Origin: Candidatus Omnitrophota bacterium
GTDB lineage: Bacteria; Omnitrophota; Omnitrophia; Omnitrophales; Aquincolibacteriaceae
Length of the DNA stretch: 44,726 bases
Direction: 5' to 3'
Assembly: GCA_043718225.1 (NCBI GenBank)
Contig: JAYSWD010000100.1
Span: 1 to 44,726, forward strand
Shown piece after piece: positions 26,999 to 37,900 of this stretch. The number at the start of each line of letters is the position of its first letter. Position 1 is the first letter of the stretch. The position numbers and the translations under genes were made by a program. The notes beneath the pieces were generated by a model that worked only from the letters and a program-made list of their open reading frames with translations, was not told the origin of the DNA and did not search any database.

Positions 26999-27979
26999 AT
27001 GGCGACTAATTTTAAAGCAAAAAATCATGACGAGCTCATGCTTTTTTCCGGTAATTCCAATCCCGAACTTGCCAAAGAAGTGGCGCAATTATTAAACGTC
27101 AAATTGGGTGAAGTTCTCGTAGGCCGTTTTCCTGAAGGCGAAATTCATGTTCAAATCCGCGAAAATATCCGCGGTAAAGATGTTTTTTTGCTTCAGTCGA
27201 CATGCAATTCGCCAAACGATTATTTGATGGAGCTTTTGATTCTGGTGGATGCCGCGCGCCGCGCTTCCGCCCGCCGCATTACCGCCGTGCTTCCGTTTTA
27301 CGGTTATGCGCGTCAGGACCGCAAAGACCGTCCGCGTGTTCCGATTACCGCGAAACTCGTCGCCAATTTATTGGTGAGCGCCGGAGCGGACCGCGTTTTG
27401 ACCATGGATTTACATTCCGGGCAGATTCAAGGTTTTTTTGATATTCCCGTGGATCATCTTTATTCGATCAATATCATGGGCCAATATTTAAAGAAGAAAA
27501 AATTAAAAAATTTGGTTGTGGTTTCTCCCGATGTCGGCGGCATCAAAATGGCGCGCGCTTATTCGAAACTTTTAAACAGTAGTTTGGCGATCGTGGACAA
27601 GCGGCGCGAAGACGCGGCGAAAACTTCGGTGATGAATATTATCGGAGAAGTTAAAGGGAAGAATGTGGTCATCGTGGATGATTTGATTTCCACCGGCGGA
27701 TCCGTTGCCGAAGCTTCCAAGGCCTTGAAAGCGAACGGTGCTTTAGATATCTATGTGGTTGCCGTGCATCCGGTTTTGGCCGGTCCGGCGATCGAACGGT
27801 TACAGGGAGCTCCGATCAAAGAGCTGATTGTTTCCAACACGATTCCGATTTCCGCGAACAAGAAAATCAAAAAAATCACCCAGCTTTCCGTTGCGCCGCT
27901 TTTGGCCGATGCGATCGCGCGCATTCATTATAATGCGTCGGTAAGCGAACTATTCCGCCGCTCCGGTGTCGAAGCCTAA
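26999..27979 (+). CDS. prs: Ribose-phosphate pyrophosphokinase
   Basis: 'DLHSGQIQGFFDIPVDHLY', 'VVSPDVGGIKMARAY', and the PRPP-binding motif 'VVIVDDLISTGGS'. Confidence 0.9.
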   Translation: MATNFKAKNHDELMLFSGNSNPELAKEVAQLLNVKLGEVLVGRFPEGEIHVQIRENIRGKDVFLLQSTCNSPNDYLMELLILVDAARRASARRITAVLPFYGYARQDRKDRPRVPITAKLVANLLVSAGADRVLTMDLHSGQIQGFFDIPVDHLYSINIMGQYLKKKKLKNLVVVSPDVGGIKMARAYSKLLNSSLAIVDKRREDAAKTSVMNIIGEVKGKNVVIVDDLISTGGSVAEASKALKANGALDIYVVAVHPVLAGPAIERLQGAPIKELIVSNTIPISANKKIKKITQLSVAPLLADAIARIHYNASVSELFRRSGVEA

Positions 27980-27986
27980 CCTCATA

Positions 27987-28766
27987 CCTCCGTAGCCGCG
28001 TCGGCTCACATCCACGCAGGAGCCGACGCGGCTACGGAGGCCTGTTTTGCAAGTTGGCGTTGATACTCAATGTTTGAGTTAACAAAATAGGCGTAATTCT
28101 TCGGCTCAACGGAAATCCGGTTTTGAAAGCTGCAAATAGGAAGCTCCACGTTAGATTCGATGTATTCATGATAAGACGACCATTTCCATTCTTCCGGTTT
28201 ATCGACTAGATAAGCGGTGACCGGATTTAAATGAATGTAGCGCGTAAGATGTAGGACCTGCTCATCACTTTCACATAAAACTTTCTTGCTACGACCCTGC
28301 CATAATGGTCCTTTTCGATTGTGCAAAAAATTGAAATAGTGGGTATAACTGTTTAAGACATCATTTGAAAACTTTGATACAAACTCTTCTGAGTCAGCTT
28401 CCACGGCAATATGAAAATGAGTTGGCATGAGACAGTAAGCAAGGATGGTGATGGTTCTATTTTTATTGATGGGGAACGCCAGCAACGCGGAGAGGGAATT
28501 CTTTGTGTGTAATTCAAGAAATCGTGAGAAAGACACAAAAGCAGGTTTTGATTGATAAAATTTTAAAAGCATTTGCATTCGTAGGAAATCTTGAGGCCTA
28601 CAAAAAACTTCGTAACCCGCAATGCTCTTGTTGAATAAGTGGTAAACGAGGGGTGGCATGTATTCATTATAATCATAATATAATTATATTTAAATAAATA
28701 TTATGCTCTTTTCCACCGTAACCGCGTCGGCTCCGCTCTACGTGTGAGCCGACGCGGTTACGGTGG
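27987..28766 (-). mobile_element. RAYT/IS200-like unit: Y1 (HUH) transposase gene flanked by two near-identical REP-type hairpins
   Basis: Left hairpin 27987-28040: CCTCCGTAGCCGCGTCGGCTC-12-nt loop-GAGCCGACGCGGCTACGGAGG. Right hairpin 28713-28766: CCACCGTAACCGCGTCGGCTC-12-nt loop-GAGCCGACGCGGTTACGGTGG. The stems match at 19 of 21 positions. The transposase gene lies between them. Confidence 0.7.
28006..28659 (-). CDS. REP-associated tyrosine transposase (Y1 HUH, IS200-like family)
   Basis: HUH motif 'PTHFHIAVEA' and catalytic Tyr context 'RYIHLNPV', 217 aa. The 3' end of the ORF runs into the left hairpin. Confidence 0.75.
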   Translation of the reverse strand: MPPLVYHLFNKSIAGYEVFCRPQDFLRMQMLLKFYQSKPAFVSFSRFLELHTKNSLSALLAFPINKNRTITILAYCLMPTHFHIAVEADSEEFVSKFSNDVLNSYTHYFNFLHNRKGPLWQGRSKKVLCESDEQVLHLTRYIHLNPVTAYLVDKPEEWKWSSYHEYIESNVELPICSFQNRISVEPKNYAYFVNSNIEYQRQLAKQASVAASAPAWM

Positions 28767-28957
28767 TTATGAATTGATAGATGGCACTCTTTTTTTATGC
28801 TTATAGAGATTTTTTAAATTAAATTGAACCGACATTAGTTTTTTCGCTAGATTTAATTCTCAAATCTAAATTTTTTTTCATTTTCACTCTTGTTTTAAAC
28901 CCTCTCTACGAGTACATTTTTGGAACCTTTTTCCACTCTTTTTAAAAACGTTTTGTT

Positions 28958-31900
28958 TTGAAGGATTTCATGTTTCAAAAATGCTTCGGAAAATTTCTGC
29001 GGGCCACGGCAATCGTGACGCTTGTGACTTATATTCCGACTAATTTTTCTTATGCAGGTGTGACAGGGGCCGCGCCCGAAATTTCACTGCCCGCCGCATG
29101 GCAATTGAGTCAAAGTCTTGCGCTTGGATTGCCCGCTGAATTAGGCCGCATTGAAAGTTTGTCGCCCGGCCGCAAAGGCATTATTTTTCATCTTCAAACT
29201 GCGCACGGACATTATGAGGCGCAGGTCAAAATTCAAAAAATTCTCGAACAATTTGCCGGGCAATACGGATCCTATCCCGTGCTTCTGGAAGGTGCAGCCG
29301 GCAGGCTCAATGCCGAGCGCATTAATTTCTTTCCCAAAAATCCCGAACGCACAAAAGCAGCGGCGCATTTGCTTGCAAAAAAAGCGTTGGTCAAAGGGCC
29401 GGAACTTTACTTACTTGATCATCCCTCCGCTTTGGTGCAGGGCATCGAAAACGAAGCGGCGTACTGGGACAATCATCATCAATTTACATCGGTTTTACGC
29501 GCGCGTGAAGCGACGCAAACATTTTCAGAGGAATTCGACCGTGAGATGGAAAAAACAGCGGCCATTTTCGCGCCGGCTTTGCGCGGCTTTCTCAAAAGAG
29601 CCGAGCAGCATGAATTAGGAATTGTTTCTTACGAAAGCTGGATCGAAGAATTGCGCAACGCGGCCCAAAAGCATCTGAAAGTTGATTTAACGGACGCGGC
29701 CTGGCAGCTGCCGTGGCCGATGCTGGTGCGGTTTTTTAAAATTCAAAAAATTTCCAAAGCGTGGGATTCTCAAAAATATGAAAAAGAGAAGCCGCTTTTT
29801 ATTCGGGATGTCGAAAAGTATTTGACGAATCACAAAGTCCGAATCACGAATCACGAATTGTTTGATCGAATCAAACAATTGCTTGATTCCGCAGGGAAGA
29901 ATGTGCAGCTGCCTGAGCCCGAAACGGAAAATGCATTCGCCGAAATGCTGCGTTATTTGCCGCGCGATTTTGATTTTAAAACTTATCCGAATGTAACGCG
30001 CTTCATGGGGCTGCTTATCTTACAAAGCGAATTGCGCCCCGCCGCGCTCGTGTCTGAAATGCAGCGGATAGAACAGCTTGTCATGAATCAACTTGCGCGG
30101 GATGAAAGTGAAAAAGAAATTGGCACTGTTTTTTCTGATTACCGTCTGCTGAAAAAAACACTCGCATTGCAGTTGACACCGGATGATTTTAGAAAAATTA
30201 TTGAGCGTACAGCGACCAGCGTACAGCGTGCAGCGAAAATGCAGCCTTCTCAAATTACAGAGCGGCTTAAAGCGCTCAACAATCAACGCCGCGCTCAATA
30301 CTCGGTACGGGGTACGGGGTACGCAGAACCCTCTTCGAATTCAGTTCATGAGATTAAGGTTAAGTATCTCAAAGAGTTGGATGGGCTATTTAATCTTGCA
30401 ATTGAATTCTATCAGGGTGCGAAAAAGCGCGACGAACTCATGATTCAAAACACGGAGAATTATTTACAAAAAAATCCCGCGAAGTTTGCGGTTCTGGTGA
30501 CCGGGGGATTTCATACCGATGCCATGCGCAAGCAATTTGAAAAAGAGGGTTATGCCTACGCAGTCGTGACGCCCGCCATTTCCGGTCCCGATGAAGAGGG
30601 ATACAAAGCATATTTGAAAAATATGCTACAAAGCAGCACAGCGTACAGCGTACAACGTACCGCGCAAACGACATCGGGGTCTGTCCTTGGCGCGAATGCG
30701 ACGGGGACTGACCCCCATGCTCTTTTCAATCGCAACCAAAATCTTGAATCTGCTTATGGCACCGATATTTTGGGAGAAGCGACGCGTCGTTCTGAATTTA
30801 GAATGCTCGTGCAAGCTGCGCGTGACGGGAATTTAAGCTTACCGCACCGCTCTGAAAACCGCGCTTCCGCCGAACCTGCCGAAGAAGAGCTTCCTGCCCC
30901 AAGGACGTCAGCAGAATTAGCACAAAGAACAACTTGGCCTACCAGCAGAATTTCAAAAGCAGCGTATTCGGCCAAAATAGAGAAACGCAGAGGGCGCTCT
31001 GAAGCGCGGGATAAGAGACCGGATCCTGCCGGTGAGTTGGTGACCCAGGATGAAAAGAGGCGTAGAGCTTTTTCGAATCAAGCAACGAATCGCTTGAACA
31101 GCAAGACAGCCTTGCTTGTGGTCGTTTTTGCGACGGCATTTTTGATTTTTGGGCCATTGTGGCTTTATTTAGATTCAGTCACAACGAAAATGGCCGCGGT
31201 TGATGCGCAGAAAAAGCAATATTTTTTGGATGGGGGGCCGGATGCACTAGGTGAATTCAAGCCGGTTGTACCGCATACGTTTTGGGACACGCTGGTTGAA
31301 ATTTGGCAGTGGGTCTTGGTTGCAGGGCAATATGTTTTAGCGGCGGGCATCGCGGTTGTTGTTCTCAAAATTGTTTCCTCGCTGTATTTTTCTTTTCGCG
31401 CCATGCGTGATGCGCGCGTGGGATATGTCATGCTCCCGGACAGCGATAATCTTGAAGCGGCATTCGATCGGCTTTTGTGGTATCGCGATGAAAAGCATTT
31501 TCAGGTTTCAATACGCCTGAATGGCGACGGAGAGCATGTTTTAGATTCGCAGGCCGTTTCCGAACGTTTTTTTGCAGCAATTAAACGGGCCCTTATTTCC
31601 GATTACGGAGCCGGCAGAAAAAATCCTATTTCAGCCAGCTATTTATTTGACAATGCCGCCAAAAAAGTGACTTTGCATTTAAAGACGCGCCGCCAAAATC
31701 CGAAGGATCGCGGCGAGTTCGAAGCGACGAACTTGATCGAGGGAACTTTTTTATTCACACCGCCTTGGCACCGTCGAAGCTGGATTACAAAAAACTTAAA
31801 CCGCCTTGCCGATCAAATGAGCGCAGCGCATGACGAAAAGCAGACGCGTGTTATTCGCGGCATGCCGCGGTCCGCGACGAAGCAGAATGATATGGTTCTG

Positions 31901-34900
31901 GTTTTTCGTCCCGATACGAAAGCATTATCAAATGTGGCTATGTATATGCGTGTGCTGCTTGCGATATGGCGCCATGGTTACGCTGTCGTCGAAAGCCGGG
32001 CTTATTCAGCGGCTGATTTAAGATACGGCATTATTAATCAGCCGTCTATTCTTGCGCAATTGTCTCCGGCCATGGAGGCTCTTTCAGCGGGTAAAATAAC
32101 CGGCAATAAGGATGGGGGTGAAGCTTTATTTTTTACTCCGGAGCAACGGAGCCTATTTCAGCGGGAAGCCCTTCCGTTTATGGCGGAGAAAGGTACCGAT
32201 GAGGAAAACTTGATTGGCGCGGGAGCATTATTACAGAAGTCCGGTTTAAAATTGCGCGATTTGAAAGCTTTATATCAAAAAGCACCGCAGGATATTTTCG
32301 GAGAAGGTGATGAACGTTTTGAAATCTCTATTTTGACTTTGCCCGATGCTGAGCATATTCAGCCCCAATTCAGAAACCGAACACTAGCCGTTTTGAACGT
32401 GTTTTATGAAATTGAAAAAGCGCGATTTATAGAAAGTTCCGATTCCACGGTGGTTTTGCGCCTCCGGCCCTTGAGAAAATTTCCGCTTCCGGTTTCAGAA
32501 CGGCAAGTAGCGCTTCTTCGCCATTTTGGTTTTCAGAATACAACACAGATGTCGGTCGATTCCTGGTCTTGGCGCGCGCAAGAAGATGATCCTTTGCTTG
32601 GATTGGGCCCCTATTACAGCTTTGATTCTCAGCGCCCATTTATCGAGATTATGTTAGCGGAGGAAGTTGCCGTTGCGCTGCGCGCCTGGTTTACCCCGCA
32701 AATAACTTCGCTGCGTTCCGAAATGAGGGTGGAGCTGCAGGGAAGCGAGCCTACTTTTAAAGCGGGGTCTTTACCGCCGGGCTACAAACTTTTGAAATTC
32801 GATTTTACGGAAGAAGATAGGGAAAAGGTTTCAGAACTGTTTTCCGGCATGAAGCAGAATCTTCTCGCGCACCCAGGCCACAACGCACAAAGAAGATTCA
32901 CGAATCATATTGTCAAAAAAGTTTTTGGGCTGGCTGTTGCTCCGAAGCCGGGCGTTGCGCGGCATGCTGTTTATTTTGTGATTACGGATAAAAATCAAAT
33001 CGCGGCGGTTTATTTGCCCGCGTCTCAGCAGGAAGGCCTGGTAAAAGAAATCGCTGCCGGACATATTTTTTTGCCGAAACGAACCACGGAGTTTGGGCCT
33101 GTCAAAAAACATTTAGAGCGTCAGGGAATTGACAAAAAAGACATTTCTTCCTCTGCTGAAAGTTCAGCCGCGTACCTTGAATCCCAAAACCAGTCCAGTT
33201 TCGTTTTTGCTTCCCCCGCACGCTCCGAAATGCGGGAGTTTAAGCATGATAATTTAAACTGGAAAATTGCCGCTGACGAAGAAGTCTTATCGAAGGCTGC
33301 TGTGGATGCGATTGCAAAAGTGCTACTGGCGAAACCCAAAGCTGTTTTTCTTTTACCGGCGGGCAAAACGTCAGTGCGCATGTATGAGATTTTAGCGGAG
33401 CGAGCTAATGAAGAAGAAATCGATTTGACGCCGGCTACGATTTTTATGCTCACGGAGTATCGTGCAGGCAAAACCGCCCGCGCCTTTATTGACGAACATA
33501 TGAACAGCCCCATTGCTAGATTGAAAAGGCCCTCTGCGATTTATGTTTTGGATGGCACGACGAGGGAACCACAGAAAGAGGCGGAACAATACGAAAGAAT
33601 GATAGCCGAAGCAGGCGGTGTGGATCTTGCCGTATTAGAAATCGGTAATCAGGGTGAAATCGGTTTTAACGAAGTGGGCGCGTCTTTTGATTCCCCGGCG
33701 CGCGAAGTTACTTTGTCCGACACTTTACGAGCAGAGCACCAGGTGAGTTCTATGAAAGGGTTTACGGTGGGCATGCGAGTCATTCTTGATTCCAGAAAAA
33801 AAATTCTTTTGATCAGCGGTGCATCCAAAGCCAAAATTGCCGGAAAACTTTTTGGTCAAAAACCGGACCTATCTCTTCCCGCAAGCGTGCTGAAGCAGAG
33901 GGGGAATACAGATGTTTTGATTACAGAAGATGCCGAAATGAACATGGGTTTGCCGGAAAAAATGCAGGGCGCCCCGGGTTTTGAAGTTTATCAAGAAAGA
34001 GTGCATGCCGTGTTGGCGCAGGTTGTTGATCGGTGGATTGAGTCGGATAATAGTTACAAAGCGTATTTAAAAATATTGATCGAACTTGTTAAGAAAAATT
34101 TGAGAGTTGCGCCATTTTATACATTTTCAGAAATTGCGAGCGCGCCCGTGTTTAAGGAAGCAAAAAACATTCATCTTTTGCCTGAAATACTTGGCAATGC
34201 TGAGGTTGGCATGCGCGAAATAAATGTTTTTAAAACCGCTCCAGCATTACCCCCAAGTGATGAGGATCTAGCGGATGCATTGCGCGTCAAACGCGACACC
34301 GAACTTTTGGCTGCAACAACGATTTCGCGCGCGGAACTCGAAAAAGTCAATACTTCACAGGAGCCGTTGGGAATCAGCTTTAGCGGGCGCGAACAAAAAA
34401 TACATGCTGTTTGGTGGGGGCTAACAGAGATTCAACGCTCAGATTTTTCAAATTATTATGGAATCGGTACGCCGGAGACACCGCTTGCTCCGGCTGCATC
34501 GCAAATGGATATTGCAAAAGCACGCGGAAATGTTACGTCGGCGAATGTAGGCGCATCGATAAGAGTAGCAATAAGGAAACTGCGCGCGTTTGACGAACAG
34601 CCAGCTGTGGATGGGGCGCCTGAAGAATTGGGGCTGGCGCTAACTGATTTAATTGCTGAGATTTTGGCTGCTATGCCGGCAGGGACGGAGCTGGATGCGC
34701 AGCTATTAGCACGGCTTAAGAAGGCCGGACCCAAAGATGATCGCACTTGGCTCGAAGTTATTTTATTTAGCCGTCAAAAAGCTCTTTTAAAAATGTATGC
34801 CGACAAGCCGTTTGCAGCGGATGAAAAAGTTTCTCTCAAAGATCTTGTCGATGCTGCGCGAGGGAGTGATTCCGTCGGCAAATCTGTTTTGAAAAAAAGC

Positions 34901-37900
34901 ATCCTAAAATTTGTTGCAGAGAAAGGAATTGCCTGGGATTTGCTGTTTTTAAATGATCCGAATTTTGTGGAAAAAGCGGCTGGACCCTCTGCCGGAAAAG
35001 GATTGCGGGGCATAAGCACGAATCTTAAATGGACGCTTGCTAAGTTTTTAGAGCATGCGGACACGGATCGCGCATCGCTTGAAGAGGCAATAAAAAGCAA
35101 AACGGGAATTTTCGCGAAACCGCATGTTCGCATGTATTTTGGGTTGCGATTTTTGGGAAAAACCGAACGCGAAAATAAGGAAGTTATTGATTACCTTGCC
35201 AGAAGATACAAAGGGCAATATAAAATTGATGATGAATGGGCGCATGATTCCATTAAGCTTGCGAAAACCCAGTTTCATGGCATCAAAGAATTGCCGAAAG
35301 CCGAAACCGCGGCGAAGGAAGTTCCAGCTCCGGCGGCGGCAGAGTTGCAGGCTGACCCAAATCCCGCGGCGCCTCCTATGGAAATAACACCAATTGCGGC
35401 ACCTGATGGAATTCTTCCGGTTGAGGGGGCAGCTGCAGAACATGATGAGCCAGCCGCGGCGCCGCTCACTACTGATGCACCAGCAGGGAATGATTCTGAG
35501 CCAATAGCCGCGATTGCCGCTCCACCCGAATCTTATTCCGTTCTACGCGAGATGATGCAAAGGTCAAAACTTGCTTCGCCGCATCTTGACGAAATTCTCG
35601 CCTTAAGACGCAAAAATTGGATAAGAAAAATTCTGGAATTGGATTTAGTCGGTTATGAAGCGCGGTTAGCAGATTCTGCGCAGAAGGCACAGGCAACGCG
35701 GGAAATTCGAGGAATTATTGTCGAAGCAAAAATTGAGCGTTTGATTGAAAGTCCACATGGCGCGGCCGAAGAGCAAGCACGAGAAGTCGTAATTAAATTG
35801 AAAGAAATGATTCATTGGGAAGATCATGCCGGCGACATTGTTAAAATTGTCGCGCCTGAGCCGAAGCCTCGCGCGCCACAACCTGCTGCCGCGCCCTCTC
35901 CCTTGGCCGCCGCACCTGCTGAGCCGGAACTTCCGCCGGTTGATAGTGCGACAACAAAAGATTTTCAAAGCGACTTGCGTAAATGGCTGAATCTCGCTGA
36001 CCACAACTCTTTGGCACGGTTACTTCAGGATGCGTTTTTGAATCCTGCGGATGAAGTGAAAGTGAGTAAATGGGTGAGAGATAATCCGGATGCCGAAATC
36101 AAACTACGTTATTTGGAAAAACACAGCGCATCCCCGAGACAACAGCGTGAACTTTTTGCCAAGGCCCAAGCTATTTATAAAAGGTCCGATTACCCCCTTC
36201 TCGATCAGTTAAACGCGTTGAAATCAGAATTAGACGCTTTAATTGTGGATGCTAAAAGAACGGGCGCAGATTTAAACCCACTACTCAATTGGATGGGAAC
36301 AAAAGGTGCTGGGTTTAAACACAATGCGGACTATTTAGCAGGCAAAGGCTTTCCAGTTCGAGAGCATTTAGAAGCTCATGCTAACGCTGAAGATTTGTTT
36401 GTCGGCCGTTCCGAAATGCGAGAAATATTAATAGAAGCAGTCTCTCTCGACCCCATCGTTTTAGACGACGGCCGGGAAATTCAAATGTTTGCGATTGATC
36501 CGAACGATGATCTTAATTGGAACGCGATACGCGAAGAAGGGGGATTGAGTGACGTTATTGATGAATTAATACCCGAAGACTTTCCGTCACCCTCACTTCT
36601 TTTTACTGAGATACAATTTCGTCTTGGAATATTGGATGGCCGTCTTGTTTTGATAGATGATGTGGATGGTCATGAACACAGAGGATCAACGACTCATAGA
36701 GGGATGGCTTTGGGTTTAAACGGTGAAAAGGCACAAATAGAAGCTGCCACGCGAGGCGCGCAGCTCACAATAATCGATCTTCCCGCAATCGAGCTTCCAG
36801 TGCGCATTGGTACCCCGGCTGCTGCTGGCGGGTACACTCCGATTACCTTTGAAGTTTCTAAGGCCCGCTCCGAATTCCGTTTCGCGCCGATGGCCACTTT
36901 TTCCGTGCTAGCAAAAAAAATTAGAGGCATCGATCCTTTTTATGCGGTCTTATTAGGTTTAGTTGGAGTGATTTTTTGGTTGAATGATCACAATTGGGGC
37001 GGTGCGGGAGTAATCGTCGCGCTTTTACTTCTTATAGCTAGAAAAGCAGGTGACAGAAAATTGCCGGATCAAACAAAAGAGCTGCTGGCAAATATTTTTT
37101 GGGAAATAAACGCTCGCAATATAAAAACAATTGTCTTTTATGTTAATGGGAACAAACGCGCGCACCAAATTGAGGTTGATCGGGATTTTGAACCGATTCT
37201 CAGGAAATCAATCCGTGAGGTTTTGGCACTTGCCACAAACAATGGGAACAATGGAATTGCCTGGGATTTCCCTGCCCCTGACGTGCGAGATTCCACTATT
37301 TTAACGGTAAACGTTTCCACTTCGCGCTCCGAAATGCGTACTGCGGATGAAAAAGTTCAAGATTTTATTACGACACTGCGAATGAAGCGGGCTGCCGTTG
37401 ATTTTACGAACAATGACATTCGTATTGCTTTGAATCCGTCCGAAGTCGCAATTGATGAAAGCCGTATTCCTACATTTACGGGACGATCAAAGGAAATTTT
37501 TGATATTTTTTCATTCATTGCTTATCGGCTCGGCTTAACGGTGGATCTTGTGTCTCTGGGTGAGCCTAAGACTGAGGAGCAATGGCTTGTTTTGACATCG
37601 CAACCCTCCGACACTGCCTTCCTGGAAAAATTGAAGACGACAGTCGAAACGCGCTATCCAAATTTGTTGTATAAAAATCAACTCGCGGCATCTGATCAAG
37701 ATTTTTATGCACCAACTAAAAAGCGGCCTTTTCTAGTCGCCCTGATGACTTTATTTGTTTCTATTGGGGGGATGATTTTAAATTTGCCCGCTCTATCTAA
37801 TTGGATGAAAAGCCGGGGTTGGACGAGTGCAAATGATCTTGTTTCAAGCATGCCTTTAATTTTCATTTTTGTGGCTAGCGCGGTTGTTGCGGGTGCTACT

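Noticed and set aside
28780-28800. Sigma-54-like 'TGGCAC' at 28787 upstream of the giant gene
   Set aside because: The required -12 'TTGC' element is absent at the correct spacing: TGGCAC-tcttt-TTTTATGC. I take it as a chance hexamer in A/T-rich DNA.
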